From Octopus sinensis (taxonomy: Eukaryota): DNA of 64,000 nucleotides. The position numbers were made by a program, and so were the translations under genes. The first letter of the stretch is position 1, and every line of letters starts with the position of its first letter. Of this stretch, positions 1 to 12,070 are shown piece after piece. Below the pieces are notes generated by a model, which saw only the letters and a list, made by a program, of their open reading frames with translations, was not told the DNA's origin and made no database searches. The stretch covers positions 20,460,001-20,524,000 of the forward strand of contig NC_042997.1 of assembly GCF_006345805.1 (NCBI RefSeq), given 5' to 3'.

Positions 1-148
1 TTTGTTTTGGAGTTTCTGGAGTGAATGCCAACTACACAAATTTCTGTGTAGTTGACAAAATCAAAAACAAGCAATGCACATGCACGAAATTAAAAATATA
101 AAATGGCGACAATTTACCCGTTATATGTGTGTGTGTGTGTGTGTGTGT

Positions 149-357
149 CTTTGTGTCTGTGTTTATCCCCCACCATCAATTGACAACCAGTGTTGGTGTT
201 TCACATCCCCATAACATAGTGGTTAAGCAAAAGAGACTGATAAAACGAGTAACAGGTTTAAAGAAACTGGAGTTGATTCATCTGACTAAAAGTTCTTCAA
301 GGTGATGCCCCAGTATGGCCACAGTCATATGAATGAAACAAGAAAGAGATAAAAGAT
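149..357 (+). mobile_element. SINE family A, 3' half following a (TG)n tract
   Basis: Matches the 3' half of full copies at 13041-13493 and 43292-43705 (tgacaaccagtgttggtgttt...ccccagtatggccacagtc...gaaacaag). Confidence 0.75.
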
Positions 358-382
358 GAAATTTTTATGGTACATTTTAATT

Positions 383-647
383 TTTTTTTTACGCCCTTTT
401 CAAGTTTAGCCAGGCTCATGGGCCCGGTTTCCCGGTTTCTAAGGTGTATGTGTTCCCCCCACCCACCAGCTGGACGGAACGCCAGTCCATTGCAGCGTTA
501 CTCATTTTTGCCGGCTGAGTGAACTGGAGCAATGTGAAATGAAGTGTTTTTTCTCAAGAACACAACGCATCGCCCAGTCCAGGAATTGAAACCACAATCT
601 TATGATCATAATGCTGACGCCCTACCCAATAAGCCACACACCTCCAC
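383..647 (-). mobile_element. tRNA-derived SINE with Meta-like central domain
   Basis: Minus strand has a tRNA-like head with A/B-box-like motifs, then gcaatggactggcgttccgtccag...gaaaccgggaaaccgggcccatgagcc (resembles the MetaSINE domain as I recall it) and an A-rich tail. Relatives at 38843 and 47200. Confidence 0.7.
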
Positions 648-1194
648 ACATTTTAATTTAGATTACATTAAAACATGTATCTTAGAACCAGGGTTAGTCT
701 GAGACAGGTTGATATGAGAAGGGTTAAATGACTTGGATTCAACTTGGGAAACATCTCATTACCAAACATTACATTGTAAGAAATAGTTGAAGTCAATTAC
801 AGACATAATGACTATGTACTGAACAGAATAAATAAAAGCTTGGACAGTTTAAAATTCCTTTCTTTAGCTCCATTGTAAATGAAAGAAAACAAAGGAAGGC
901 CATGATTAGTGTAATACTAGTTTCACTCTTCTAATATTTAATGGATAAATGCTTAATGACAATTAAGAAGATATTTATTATAGGTGGCTATTCATGCCTA
1001 ATGTCGATCATACAAATTTCAAGTGATTGCTAAACCTATATTTCATTTAAAAGAATGGTTGGTGGGAGGGACTTACACAAGGTCACCTTCTATATCAAAA
1101 ACAAATAGCTATATTCATACCAACATAATGCTGTGAGGAAAAGAAAGGCAGTTTATAATTAATTAAATTTATGCTAATTGTAGGTGCATAAAGC

Positions 1195-1390
1195 CACGCA
1201 GATGTTACAGTGTAGTTAAGACATTCACTTTGAAACTACATTGTTAAGGGTTCAATTCTATTGCATGGCTTCTGTCAACTGGTGCCCTCTTTTATGGACA
1301 TGAGTTGACCAATAACTTTTGAGTGAAATTTGGCAGAGAGAAACTGGAAGGAAATTACTATTTGGGTGTGTGTGTGTGTGTGTGTATGTA
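1195..1390 (+). mobile_element. Diverged SINE family A 5' half
   Basis: Degenerate match to the head and body of 13041-13200, ending in (TG)n. Confidence 0.5.
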
Positions 1391-1396
1391 TAAATA

Positions 1397-1629
1397 TATT
1401 TCTTTACTACTCACAAGGGGCTAAACACAGAGGAGAAAAACAAGGACAGACAAAGGGATTAAGTCGATTACATCGACTCCAGTGCATAACTGGTACTTAA
1501 TTTATCGACCCCGAAAGGATGAAAGGCAAAGTCGACCTCGGCGGAATTTGAACTTGGAACGTAACGGCAGGCGAAATACGGCAATGCATTTCGCCCGGCA
1601 TGCTAACGTTTCTGCTAGCTTGCCGCCTT
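1397..1629 (-). mobile_element. SINE family B, tail type 1 (Deu/Nin-like core)
   Basis: Minus strand reads aaggcggcaagctagcagaaacgttagc...gttccaagttcaaattccgccgaggtcgactttgcctttcatcctttcggggtcgataaattaagtaccag...gccccttgtgagtagtaaagaaata. About 10 copies in the window. Confidence 0.9.
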
Positions 1630-1673
1630 GTGTGTATGTATAAATAGATATGGGTACACACACAGACACATAT

Positions 1674-2543
1674 ATCATCAACATCATCGTCATTTAACAT
1701 CTGTGTTCCATGCTGGCATAGGTTGGATGGTTTGACTGAAAACTGATAAGCTGGCATGGTTTCTTCAGCTGGCTGCCCTTCCCAAAACCAGCAACTTCAA
1801 GAAAGTAGTGGGTGCTTTTCACATGCCACTGGCATGGGTGCCAGTTATGAAACACCAGCATAGGTGACAACTATGATCTCACTTGGCTTGACAGGTTTTC
1901 TCAAGCATGGTGTATCATCAATGGTCTTGGTCACTTGTCTCAGTGAGGCCCAAAGTTCAAATGGTGCTTTTTACATGCCACCAGCATGGTTGCCAGGTAT
2001 GCAACAATGGCATCACATCGTCCACAATGATGATTTCACTTGGCTTGATGTATCTTCTCAGGCATGGCATATCACCAAAGGTTTCAACTACGTGCCATTG
2101 CCCCTATGATGTCCAACATTCGAAGATCATGCTTCATTACCTTGACCCATGTCTTTCTGGATCTACCTCTTCCACTGGTTCTCTCCACAGTTAGGGATCT
2201 GCACTTCTTCATACAGTGACCCTCATCCTTATGCACTCTGTCATACATGCACACTGACATTGCACACCCAGCGAAGCACACTAGCTTCATTTCTTTCAAG
2301 CCTTTACATGTCCTTAACAGTCACAGCCCACGTTTCATTGTCATGTAGCATGGTTGTTTACACATAGACATCATACAATCTGCCTTTCACTCTGATAGAG
2401 AGATCCTTTGTTACCAACAGAGGTAGGAGCTCTCTGAACTTTGCCCATCCTATTCTTATTCTCACAGCTATACTCTCAGAGCATTTACCTCCACTACTGA
2501 TTTGGTCACCTAGGTAATGGAAGCTATCAACTACTACCAGTTT
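1674..2543 (-). mobile_element. 5'-truncated RTE(BovB-like) LINE: ORF C-terminus plus 3' UTR with (GAT)n tail
   Basis: Minus translation VVDSFHYLGDQISSGGKCSESIAVRIRIGWAKFRELLPLL...VKGRLYD...RLERNEASVLRWVC...GRGRSRKTW, with stops and a deletion; ends in gttaaatgacgatgatg. Confidence 0.85.
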
Positions 2544-2754
2544 ATATATATATATATATATATCCTAGAAACAGCTGTACGACCTTCTATCTATAAATGC
2601 TCTAATATCTATACAGCCTTGGTTTTTAATCTTATTACGCAAAAATTCTTATATATATATATATATATATATATAAGGATAAAATCTATATAAGATTTAT
2701 CAAGTAACCAATGTGGAAAACCAATTAAGGAAAAAATTAATATAAGGTATATAA

Positions 2755-3232
2755 TATTTTTTCTTTAAATATAAAATACATTATTATATCAAAGGCTTTT
2801 ACTATAAGTAATGCCTCACACTGTAATGGGACTCTAAAGTCAAACTACTTCAATAAATATACACAGGCATGGACATTAGGGGAATGCATATAAAAGAAGT
2901 TCCTATAAAAGTGGTTTAGTCGTACATCATTAATGATTTCATGGTCAGCATGTATAATATGCTCTCCAGTCATCGGTACAACTTAACCAGAAAATATAAA
3001 TATGAATATCTCTACATACCAAGCAAACAACAATGCATCCAGCATTAATGATATATAACTAAACCTTTTCTAAAGGAACTTCTTTTATGTTCATTTCCCC
3101 CGATTTCAGTACCTGTGTATATTTACTGAAGTAGTTTGACTTTAGAGTCCCTTTACAGCATGAGGCATTACTTATAGTAATAGCCCTTGATATAATAATG
3201 TATATATATATTTATATACAAAGAGAAAATAT
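2755..3232. repeat. Foldback: ~160-180 bp inverted arms with ~105 bp spacer, beside (TA)n tracts
   Basis: 2777-2936 (tacattattatatcaaaggcttttactataagtaatgcctca...ctctaaagtcaaactacttca...catcattaatg) is the approximate reverse complement of 3043-3202. Confidence 0.85.
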
Positions 3233-3235
3233 AGA

Positions 3236-3585
3236 TGAAGGTGCATGGCTCAGAGGTTAGAGTGTCAGACTCACAATCATGATGTAGTGAGTTCAGTTCT
3301 CAAACTAGGCTGTGTGTTGTTGTGTCCTTGATCAAGACACTTTAAGTCATGTTGCTCCAGCTCACCTGGCTGTAGAAGTGAGGTGCAGCATCACTAATGC
3401 CAAGCTGTATCACCCTTTTCCTTTCCCTTGAATAACATCGGTGGCATGGAGAAAGAAGACTGGTATGCATGGGTAACTGCCAGTCTTTCATAAACAGGCT
3501 TGCCCAGACTGGTGCCTCGGAGGGAAACTTGCTAGGTGCAATCCCATCGTCATTCATGACCGATGGGGATCTTTACCCTTTTTAT
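3236..3585 (+). mobile_element. tRNA-derived SINE, family D
   Basis: Head tggctcagaggttagag...gagttcagttctc, then gtgtccttgatcaagacacttt; tail ggggatctttaccctttt. Confidence 0.65.
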
Positions 3586-3646
3586 CTAGTAAACAGGCAG
3601 GATTAATATCTAAACTGTATTCTCAGAAAGCATTTCTGCAAATACC

Positions 3647-3877
3647 TATTTCTTTATTACCCACAAGGGGCTAAACACAGAGGGGACAAACAAGGACAGA
3701 CATAGGTATTAAGTCGATTACATCGACCCCAGTGTGTAACTGGTACTTAATTTATCGACCCCGAAAGGATGAAAGGCAAAGTCGACCTCGACGAAATTTG
3801 AACTCACAACGTAATGGCAGATGAAATACCGCTAGGCATTTGGACCGGCATGTTAACGTTTCTGCCAGGTCACTATC
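3647..3877 (-). mobile_element. SINE family B, tail type 1, with 14-bp TSD
   Basis: Near-identical to 1397-1629; flanked by direct repeat tttctgcaaatacc at 3633-3646 and 3878-3891. Confidence 0.92.
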
Positions 3878-3990
3878 TTTCTGCAAATACCAGTTACCAA
3901 ATGTATATCCATAGATGGTTTATCATTAAGAAGGAAAATATCAATGCAGGCTGAAATTCTTGGACAAGTATATAGGATGCGGTATATGAA

Positions 3991-4072
3991 TATATTAAAT
4001 CAAAGACTGGTGTTTATGGTATTTTCTTTAATTAAAGATAATACCATAAATTCCAGTCTTTGATTTAATATA
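3991..4072. repeat. 82-bp spacerless palindrome
   Basis: 41-bp arms with 3 mismatches, centred on ttaattaa. Confidence 0.9.
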
Positions 4073-4649
4073 GATATACATCTACATATATATGCATGAT
4101 ACATGTATACACATGCATACATACATACACACACATATATATTATAGTATACTGTATACTACGTATAATAAATAAAAACATATAACAACTATATATAACC
4201 TGTTACCAACATATTATATACATTTCATACAGTCCAATAAATGTTCAAACAGATGCTTGTAATAAACCAATATGCAAATACCTTCACAGCCTTGGAATCT
4301 TTATTGCAGACTATTTTTTAGAATGTATCTGCCTACTCATTTCTCATAAAAAGTTTTCTGATTAATTATTTTCCAATACAGCATTATCATTAATCAATTT
4401 TCATTAGTATTGTTTCTGCTGGTAATAGATTTTTTTAACATGTTGCTTTCATATGCTGATTAGGAAGTACTAGTTTGTTTTCAACTGTTTTAAGCCTAAA
4501 ATTCGTTGTTAATACTACTATAAGGAATAGACTTTGAGATTAAATAAATTTGTTGTTTTGGTACTTCTGTGAGATTACTGGCTTAATTATCAATCTTATT
4601 AGCAACTCAGCTAGTTTGAATTTAAACCTAAAATTTAGTTTTAGTTTAA

Positions 4650-4954
4650 CCCTTTACCATTCAGATTACTTTGTCAAATGTAATGCTTATTTATTCACAT
4701 AGTTTTTATGAATTAATTATGCATAATCTCATAAATTTGAGATTTTGATGATGTGATTGTTAATCTTTAGAATGATATTATTGAGAAGGTGTGAGGGGCT
4801 GGATTTGGCCAGTTTAACCTTTAGCACACTGTGGGCGCATCATGTAACCATATGAGTTTTCTCCCCTGTAGTAACAGGACAGTTACAGGGAGAACAATTC
4901 TAAAGAAAATACAGAATATCTGGACCAGATATGGCTAGTTTAAATGTTAAAGGG
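4650..4954. mobile_element. piggyBac-like MITE
   Basis: TTAA at 4646-4649 and 4955-4958; ends CCCTTTAccatt...aatgtTAAAGGG. Confidence 0.75.
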
Positions 4955-5527
4955 TTAATATTCCATTAATGTTGTATAAAACATACAATTCAATGTAGAA
5001 TAATTTTATGTGACAAATATTGAATCCCATAAATAGCAGATATTATTTTACTCATGACCGTATAAGCATTGATATGTTTAGTTTTTCACAAATTGTGTTT
5101 GAAAGATGCAAGATTTTCAACTTGAATATTTCTCTAAAGGAATCTCTAAATTGATCATATTAATCTTTGTGTTTTCATGACCAAAAAAAAAAAGAAAGAA
5201 AAAAGGAAAAGGAAAAAAGAAAGAAAGCCAACTAATAAAGCATCATTTTTAGTCGAAGTAACTCATCTCTAGTATAATCAGTCAGTGGTATATAATTTAT
5301 ATTTACAAATTTCAAATAGATTTTCCAATCTAAATAGTCAACAAATGTTTCCTTATTTTAAATTGGATTGAAATGATACTGATATTGAAGACGTGAAATT
5401 TATTAGTTTAAATCTAATAAAAGTTGCTATTTTGTCATAAAATATATCACTGCTATCTACTGACCTACATTCATACATATATATGTGTATGATGTATTTG
5501 TGTAAGTATATATAGATAAGTATTTAC

Positions 5528-5600
<73 letters not shown>

Positions 5601-5661
5601 AATAGTATTGGGGAGTAAATCCAAACTTGAGTTGCCTAATAGTGGTTTTATCTCTAATTTA

Positions 5662-5728
<67 letters not shown>

Positions 5729-5729
5729 T

Positions 5730-6400
5730 AAGGTATGTAGAAAAATACAACACGGACAAGAACGTATAACTCATAGAAGACGATACAATAAACATGGACA
5801 GGACATTCGAACCCCTCAGTCTTCAGTCAAGAACCGGATCATCGTAGTAATTTCGGCTGATTAATCTTGAGATTACTAGATCACGGCCAGCCCTCCAAGA
5901 AAAACTAAGCTGGAAGCGTAGATTTCCTGGAAGAAGGATCGAATGCATACGAACACCAGGACAGCAAAAGGGACAGATATAAAAAAAAAAACAAAAAAAA
6001 AAACAATAATGGAATACAGAAACATGAAATACAGAAGCATTAACGGTGAAAACAACAAGTGTCTTACGACTGATAACAAGCAAACAAATTTTTTCTCTGG
6101 CGCATTGGAAAAAGCCTTTATAGCGGCGGACGAAGAGCAACGATGTTAACACGACGAGGGTCAGGAGCTGAAAGGCAGATTTCGGCCAACAGTCACGTGA
6201 CAGAGAAGAGGGAAAAGAAAAGAAAGAGAAGCAAAGGAAGAGAGAGAGAGAAAAAGGGGGACAAAACGCAACAAAGAGAGAGAAGAGAGAGAAAGAAGGA
6301 ATCAGAGAGGAGAAGGGATGGGTGTCGAAGAATGACCTGTGAGTGCAGAGCGAGACAAAGAAATAGGAGGGTAGTGGAAGACTAGACCAAAGGATCAGAG
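5730..6400 (-). mobile_element. CpG-rich dispersed element inserted in (TA)n; possible LTR/pseudo-LTR fragment
   Basis: Sharp compositional boundaries at microsatellites. Minus strand carries GTCACGTGAC (6192-6201) about 70 bp upstream of TATAAAG (6116-6122). No real ORF. Family not identified. Confidence 0.45.
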
Positions 6401-6552
6401 GAATACATACATGCATATATATATATATATATATGCATACATACATACATACATACATACATACATACATTCATACATACATAATAACATATGTATGTAT
6501 GTGTATATATGTATATGTATATAATATATATGTATATGTGTATATATGTATT

Positions 6553-6613
<61 letters not shown>

Positions 6614-6989
6614 ATTATGTATGTATGTATTATTTCAAGAGATGCCATCATTTGCTTGTTTTCTTTAACATGAGCAGCACAAACATGATGATGGCAGGTG
6701 CCTCTTGTAGTAAGTGTTGAGAGAGCCTATCACCCACACTGACACATACTTTGTTCTAAAATGGCCTTTTCATTACGTGTTTGCTTTTTTTCTTTTTCCT
6801 ACACAACATATAATACACAACAAAGATGTTAGAAAGTCAAGTGATGCTTGTGCTTTAAGCTTTTCCAAGAGAAGGAAGTCTTACACAGTGCCACTTCTAT
6901 TCTCTGAATAATGTAGGCCATTGCTAAAGAAGACTTAGTTTACATCAGGCAATGTGGAGGCACATTACTAATCTATGTGGCTGAAGAGA

Positions 6990-7440
6990 AAAATACTTGT
7001 GAATTCTTGAATAAACATAAAACTAAGAATGTAATCTATCAATGTGATGTATCCTCCAATAATTACAAGAAAACGTATGTAGGAGCAACTAAAAATTAAA
7101 TGAAACTTAGATATAATTCCCATCTCTCAAGTTTCAGAAATAGAAATAAGGCTAACTCTACTGAATTAAGTAGTTACATCTAGGAACTTAAAGATAATAA
7201 CATTAATCATAGACTTGAATGGTGCATCCTAGACAAAACATCTTCATATAACCTTAAAAATAATCGCCATAATTTATACATTAATGAGATATTCTTCATT
7301 TTACTGGTCAAATCAGAATTACTTAATAAACGTGACAAGAAAAATAGGACATGCTTACATAAAGATAAATTCTTATTCTCTAAATACTGCTCATACCTAC
7401 ATTACAGGTCATTAGCTGACCTGTCTAACATCTGATTACC
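6990..7440 (+). pseudogene. Penelope-like (Naiad-type) GIY-YIG endonuclease remnant
   Basis: Translation KNVIYQCDV...KTYVGATKN*MKLRYNSHLSSFRNRNKANSTELSSYI*ELK...LEWCILDK...NLYINEIFFI...LLNKRD...CLHKDKF; shows VIY/YVG, R...H, E, LN and CxH motifs. Confidence 0.85.
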
Positions 7441-7469
7441 CCCCCTTGTCCCTACCCATTACCACAATA

Positions 7470-8790
7470 CATGATTTAATATAAAAAGAAGACTTCTTTT
7501 TATCAAGTTTGGGTGGTTGCTCTGTCCATTAATATATTTGAGGTTGGTATTAGATTTAATATATGGTTCGTGTAATCCCGGGGTTAAATTACAATTGACA
7601 TCTAAATAGTTAATAGAATTATACTCTTTTTCTATCGTGATATTTAATCCAAACTATTTAAAGAATTTATATAAATTTTCTTTAGTAGTTTAACCTTCCA
7701 ATTGGAGGTATTTTTAAGGATAAATAATGCATCATCTCTGTAAAGGCCTCCTCTAATCTCTGGGAAATTCTTCGTGTAAATGAGATAATAGTAAATACCC
7801 ACTAAATTAGACACCTGTGCCGAGTCTGGAGGCCCCATAGTGATGTCGAAATAATTGGGGTGTCAGTCCATACCCATATTTTGTTATCGAATTTTATTAT
7901 AGATTTCTTAGCGTCTATGATTACCTCATTCATTCATTGTCAATTTGGTATGTTTTTTACTGAAAATCAGAGCGCTACTAAGAATCATAGGATTAATTGA
8001 TTAGTAGTAATTGTCTATGTTTATTTGTAGGAACTTTTAACTATTTTTATTCTATATATTGGAGAACCAGTTAAGGGCATCGTGAGTATTTGACCATAAT
8101 TCTAGAATGATCTTGTTTTTTATAGTAGAAATATATTTATCTAAAATTAATTTACTTAGCTTGCATAGATTGGATTTATTAGGGCAGATTAGTCTAAATT
8201 TTCTTTGTGGTCCTTAATTGTTATGTGCGGTCTGGAAGGTGCGAAAGGTTCAGTTTTCTCTTCTAAGTTGTAGTTGGTTATAATCTTGGCAGATAAGTTC
8301 ATAGATCTTAAAAAGTTATTAGGCACTATTTTGTATTTTTCGTTATTTCTTTATGCAACAGCCGGTGGTATAAATTAATATCCAAATTATATGAGTTCCT
8401 GGTTTTGTCTGAATGTACTCCCTTTTGCTATATCAGTTTGAGTAGTAGGTCCTTTAAGCTTCTTTGGTGTGTATTATTTCTTCATGGGTGTTGTTTAAAT
8501 TTTAGGTCCTTAATAGTATCCCATAGTTCGTTCTCAAAGGCTGCCTTGTGGCTGTTTGGTGGGGATGTTTTACGAGTTTCGAAAATTCCTCTGGTACAAC
8601 TCCTGCTGTTGTTGTGGTTGGTAGTATCTGTTTGGCTATTTTATTATACAATAGGGCTTTCTATCGTAAACAGTGGTTGGAGTATGTTAATTTTTCAATC
8701 ACTTCTTTTAGATATACATATTTTGGTAGAATCAGTATATCATTTAATGATGCTTCTATTGTCATTTGCTCCATTTAACCAATAGATGTT
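7470..8790 (-). pseudogene. Penelope-like (Naiad-type) N-terminus plus reverse transcriptase, decayed
   Basis: From ATG 8774: MEQMTIEASLNDILILPKYVYLKEVIEK...LR*KALLY; then FENELW, DKTRNSY, ITIKDHKEN, RLICPNKSNL, WSNTHDALNWF, FDITMGPPDSAQVSNLVG, GGLYRDDAL, INYLDV, YINGQSNHP. Frameshifts and stops throughout. Confidence 0.88.
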
Positions 8791-8988
8791 CGAGATTTTT
8801 CAAGCTATTGTTGCATTTATCTCATTCCATGTTTGTTACATGGAACGAGATAAATGCAAATTTACCTAAAAAATAACAAACTGAATCAGCTGTAAACGTT
8901 ATTTTAACTACAGTTAATCTATGACAATTTAATACCAACTTCTAATTGATAATTGTTCCTCTATTTCTTTTCTCTCTTTCTCTCTTTC

Positions 8989-8989
<1 letters not shown>

Positions 8990-9061
<72 letters not shown>

Positions 9062-9218
9062 AATTAATAAATAAATAAAACATATGCATATATACATACA
9101 TATATGTACGTACGTACCTCTACATGTATATATACATGCATATATGGGTACAGGACACCAAAAAAACGTCGAACACAATGAGAAACGAAAACATAATCAC
9201 AAAACCAAGGAAATGGAC

Positions 9219-9250
<32 letters not shown>

Positions 9251-9275
9251 TCACATACATACATACGTACATACC

Positions 9276-9309
<34 letters not shown>

Positions 9310-9490
9310 CATACAAACGTACGTACATACATACATACATACATACATACATACATACATACATAAATACATACATACAAACGTACGTACATACATACAT
9401 ACATACATACATACATACATACATACATACATACATACATACATACATACATACATACATACATACATACATACATACATACATACACAC
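8990..9490. repeat. Compound microsatellite (CT)n(TA)n ... (CATA)n with a short embedded repeat fragment (9145-9220)
   Basis: Directly visible. The 9145-9220 fragment resembles 50591-50640. Confidence 0.9.
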
Positions 9491-9514
9491 ATGCATGCGT
9501 GCACGTGTGTGAGT

Positions 9515-9805
9515 CTGTGTATCTGTGCGTCTTTGCGTTTGTGTTTGTCTTTCATGACTGCTTTTATGTGTGTAGCAGGTTAGCAAAAGGACTAACAGAA
9601 AAGGTATCAAGATTCAAAGAAAAAAAATTCAAAAACTGCAGTTGATTCATTCAACCAAAATTCTTCAAGGTAATTCCCCAATATGGTTGCAGTTTAATGA
9701 CTGAAACAAGTGCAAGATAATATATGATGACCTTCTATACAATGGAATTGAACCCAAACATATGTGGTTGTGAAGTGAACTTCTTAACCATACATGCTTG
9801 CACCT
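9515..9805. mobile_element. Degenerate SINE family A fragments (3' half on +, head on -)
   Basis: ttcttcaaggtaattccccaatatggttgcagt...actgaaacaag, then gaattgaacccaaacatatgtggttg...cttaacca. Confidence 0.55.
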
Positions 9806-11869
9806 TGTTGGTCAAATTATAGAATAACATTCAATTTATCAGAGCTTGACCATTATAATATCAAGCTACTTCTGGTCAGGTCTAATTATACGATATAAAA
9901 TTTCTGTTCCTTGGAGCTGGCTAGTCTCATATCTTCTTCTCTCAGGCACTACAGATCCACTTGTCTCTCAATCTCTTGCCAACCTAGTTGCATCCCTTTC
10001 CCCTAGTTCTGCGCAATCCACTATACCTAGAACTTACTCATCAAAACATTGGCTCTCTAAAATCATGTCCCGGCTCATATCTTTCTTGCAGTCATTGACC
10101 CACAACAGTTTAAACAGCATCAGACTCCACAATCATGGAGAACTTGCAACAGTCTTTGGCACTGCCCCTGCCTCTGCACTCAGCAAGTAAAGCTCAAGAA
10201 AAAAATTTTTGCTGAGTTGAATTATCCTTAATTTGATAATAGTTTTTCAGACAAATGACCACATCTTGAGAGATGAAGATTATTTTTTAAATTTACATGT
10301 ACACCGCATATAAATCAGTTTGATCATATATAGTACTAGTTTTGGAATAAGACACCAGGTGATGAGTGGAAATCAGACCAGTCAAGATCTAAATATCAAA
10401 ATATTTTTTATTTCTAAAGGTAAGATTAACATTTATAAAAAATTATGATTGCATAAAACGTTTACTTTTAAAGTATTTATATTTGATGTAAAATGCATAT
10501 AATGTTATATATGAATATTTTGTTGCTTTAAACTTCAACTTAATTAAAACAGAATTATTTTAAAGGACCAAATAACTCGAAATGCCTGATTATTTTCAAA
10601 ATTAATTAAAATGAAAATAGGCAGTGCATTTCATTAGAAATACACTGCCTATTTGCATTATGAGTTACAAAAGTTACAAAAGAGTTAATTAGTGACTCAA
10701 CTGTAAATACATGCTTACACTTAAACAAAACAAAATAAGTAGCAATAAAAAGGGAATTGAAAGAGGATCATCTTAGTAATCACATTTTATACATTCTTTC
10801 TATGCACATGGTTTATTCTGTTCAAAAATAGACACATACAGAATAACAATTGACTCTCCAATAAAAGCCATTTACACTCACAATGCTTATTATGCTGAAA
10901 TCTTTTGCCAAGGAATATAACTTCCTGAGCTTTGTCTGGCTTAGTTAAAAGTTTCAAACTTTTCTTGAAAATTTAGAATCAAATTCAAAACTTTTAGCAA
11001 CAAAAACGAATATTTTGAAAATAGCTTCTTTGCACTTTGGCTATAATAAAAGTGTAATAAGATATTGCATTCCAAGCTATCTTAAAATGATCTAACACTT
11101 TGAGTGAATTCTAATGCACAGAACACAAGTTATGAACTTGAATGATGATTCACTTCAGCTGGAAGACAGAGTTATTTAGATGACTACTGATTGTAAAGAA
11201 ATTGAAATTCAGATTGGTGTGAAGAAATTTAAAGGAATTATGTCCTTCCAGATAAAGATAGATAATGATGATATGATGTAGGTTTACGAATTGATAATCT
11301 ACATAGCAGTGGAATTTGAAAGAATAAGATCTGATCTCCATATATTGAAATAAATCAAATTTATGAGATAATACAAGCCAGCTGGACATGGATGCCTCTG
11401 AAAGCAAAGAATCATTGTGTATGATGATGTAATGGAATAAACACGGTCAATTAATTGGAGTAACTCTGAAACTATGTGGGAGTTTTAGTGATATTAGGCC
11501 ATAAAATGAAATAGTCTGGGCTAATCTGACCAGATATAATAATCAAGAAATAAATGTTTTAGAATCTTGTCCAATGTATGGAAAAGTGGACATTAAAATG
11601 ACAATAACAATAATAATGAAAAGAAAGATGAGAGACAGAATTAGAGAACAGAAATACTATTATTCACCCAATGAAAAAGTCCGTGCTTCATCATAATAAT
11701 AATAATCAAGTTTCATGTTAATGAATTCTGTTGTGCAGACTAATGTGGAACATTTTGATCATTTAAATGAGAAATATGTTGTACCACATGAAATCAATTT
11801 ACTCAACAATAGAGTTCTCTTATAGAGATTAACTACATGCCATTCCACATGTCAATTACTAAATTCAAG

Positions 11870-12070
11870 AGCCCATACGTGACCACTTAGACTCCTAGAA
11901 ATAGCAGTAAAATCTTACTTAAATCACATCATATAATCTTTAAAATGTTATGACATAATGTATAATATGTTAGTGAGTGCAATGTAGCAAGGAAATATAA
12001 CAAAACAGCCATGGATTGAATGCTTTTAATTCTAGTGTTGTTTGTTTTAGGTTGATTTGGTGGTTAGATA
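11870..12070 (+). mobile_element. Old dispersed repeat family E (SINE-like 3' part)
   Basis: ctagaaatagcag...aaatcaca...catggattgaatgctttt; related copies at 21410-21640, 27460-27500 (-), 27690-27830 (-), 30790-30975 and 33715-33900. Confidence 0.55.

Noticed and set aside
5851-5900. Second hammerhead ribozyme
   Set aside because: Stem II and GAAA are present, but the core reads CUUGGAG rather than CUGANGA.
5823-6720. 215-aa and neighbouring ORFs
   Set aside because: They start in (TATG)n and read through CT-rich repeat sequence; no domain is recognisable.
6990-7440. Selenocysteine-coding Naiad
   Set aside because: The in-frame stops seen are TAA/TAG; there is no TGA at Cys positions in this copy and no SECIS was recognised.
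10251-10419. Candidate + strand exon (tttttcag| ... aag|gtaaga)
   Set aside because: Stops in all three frames, and such splice-like pairs arise by chance in AT-rich DNA. A non-coding exon cannot be excluded without RNA data.
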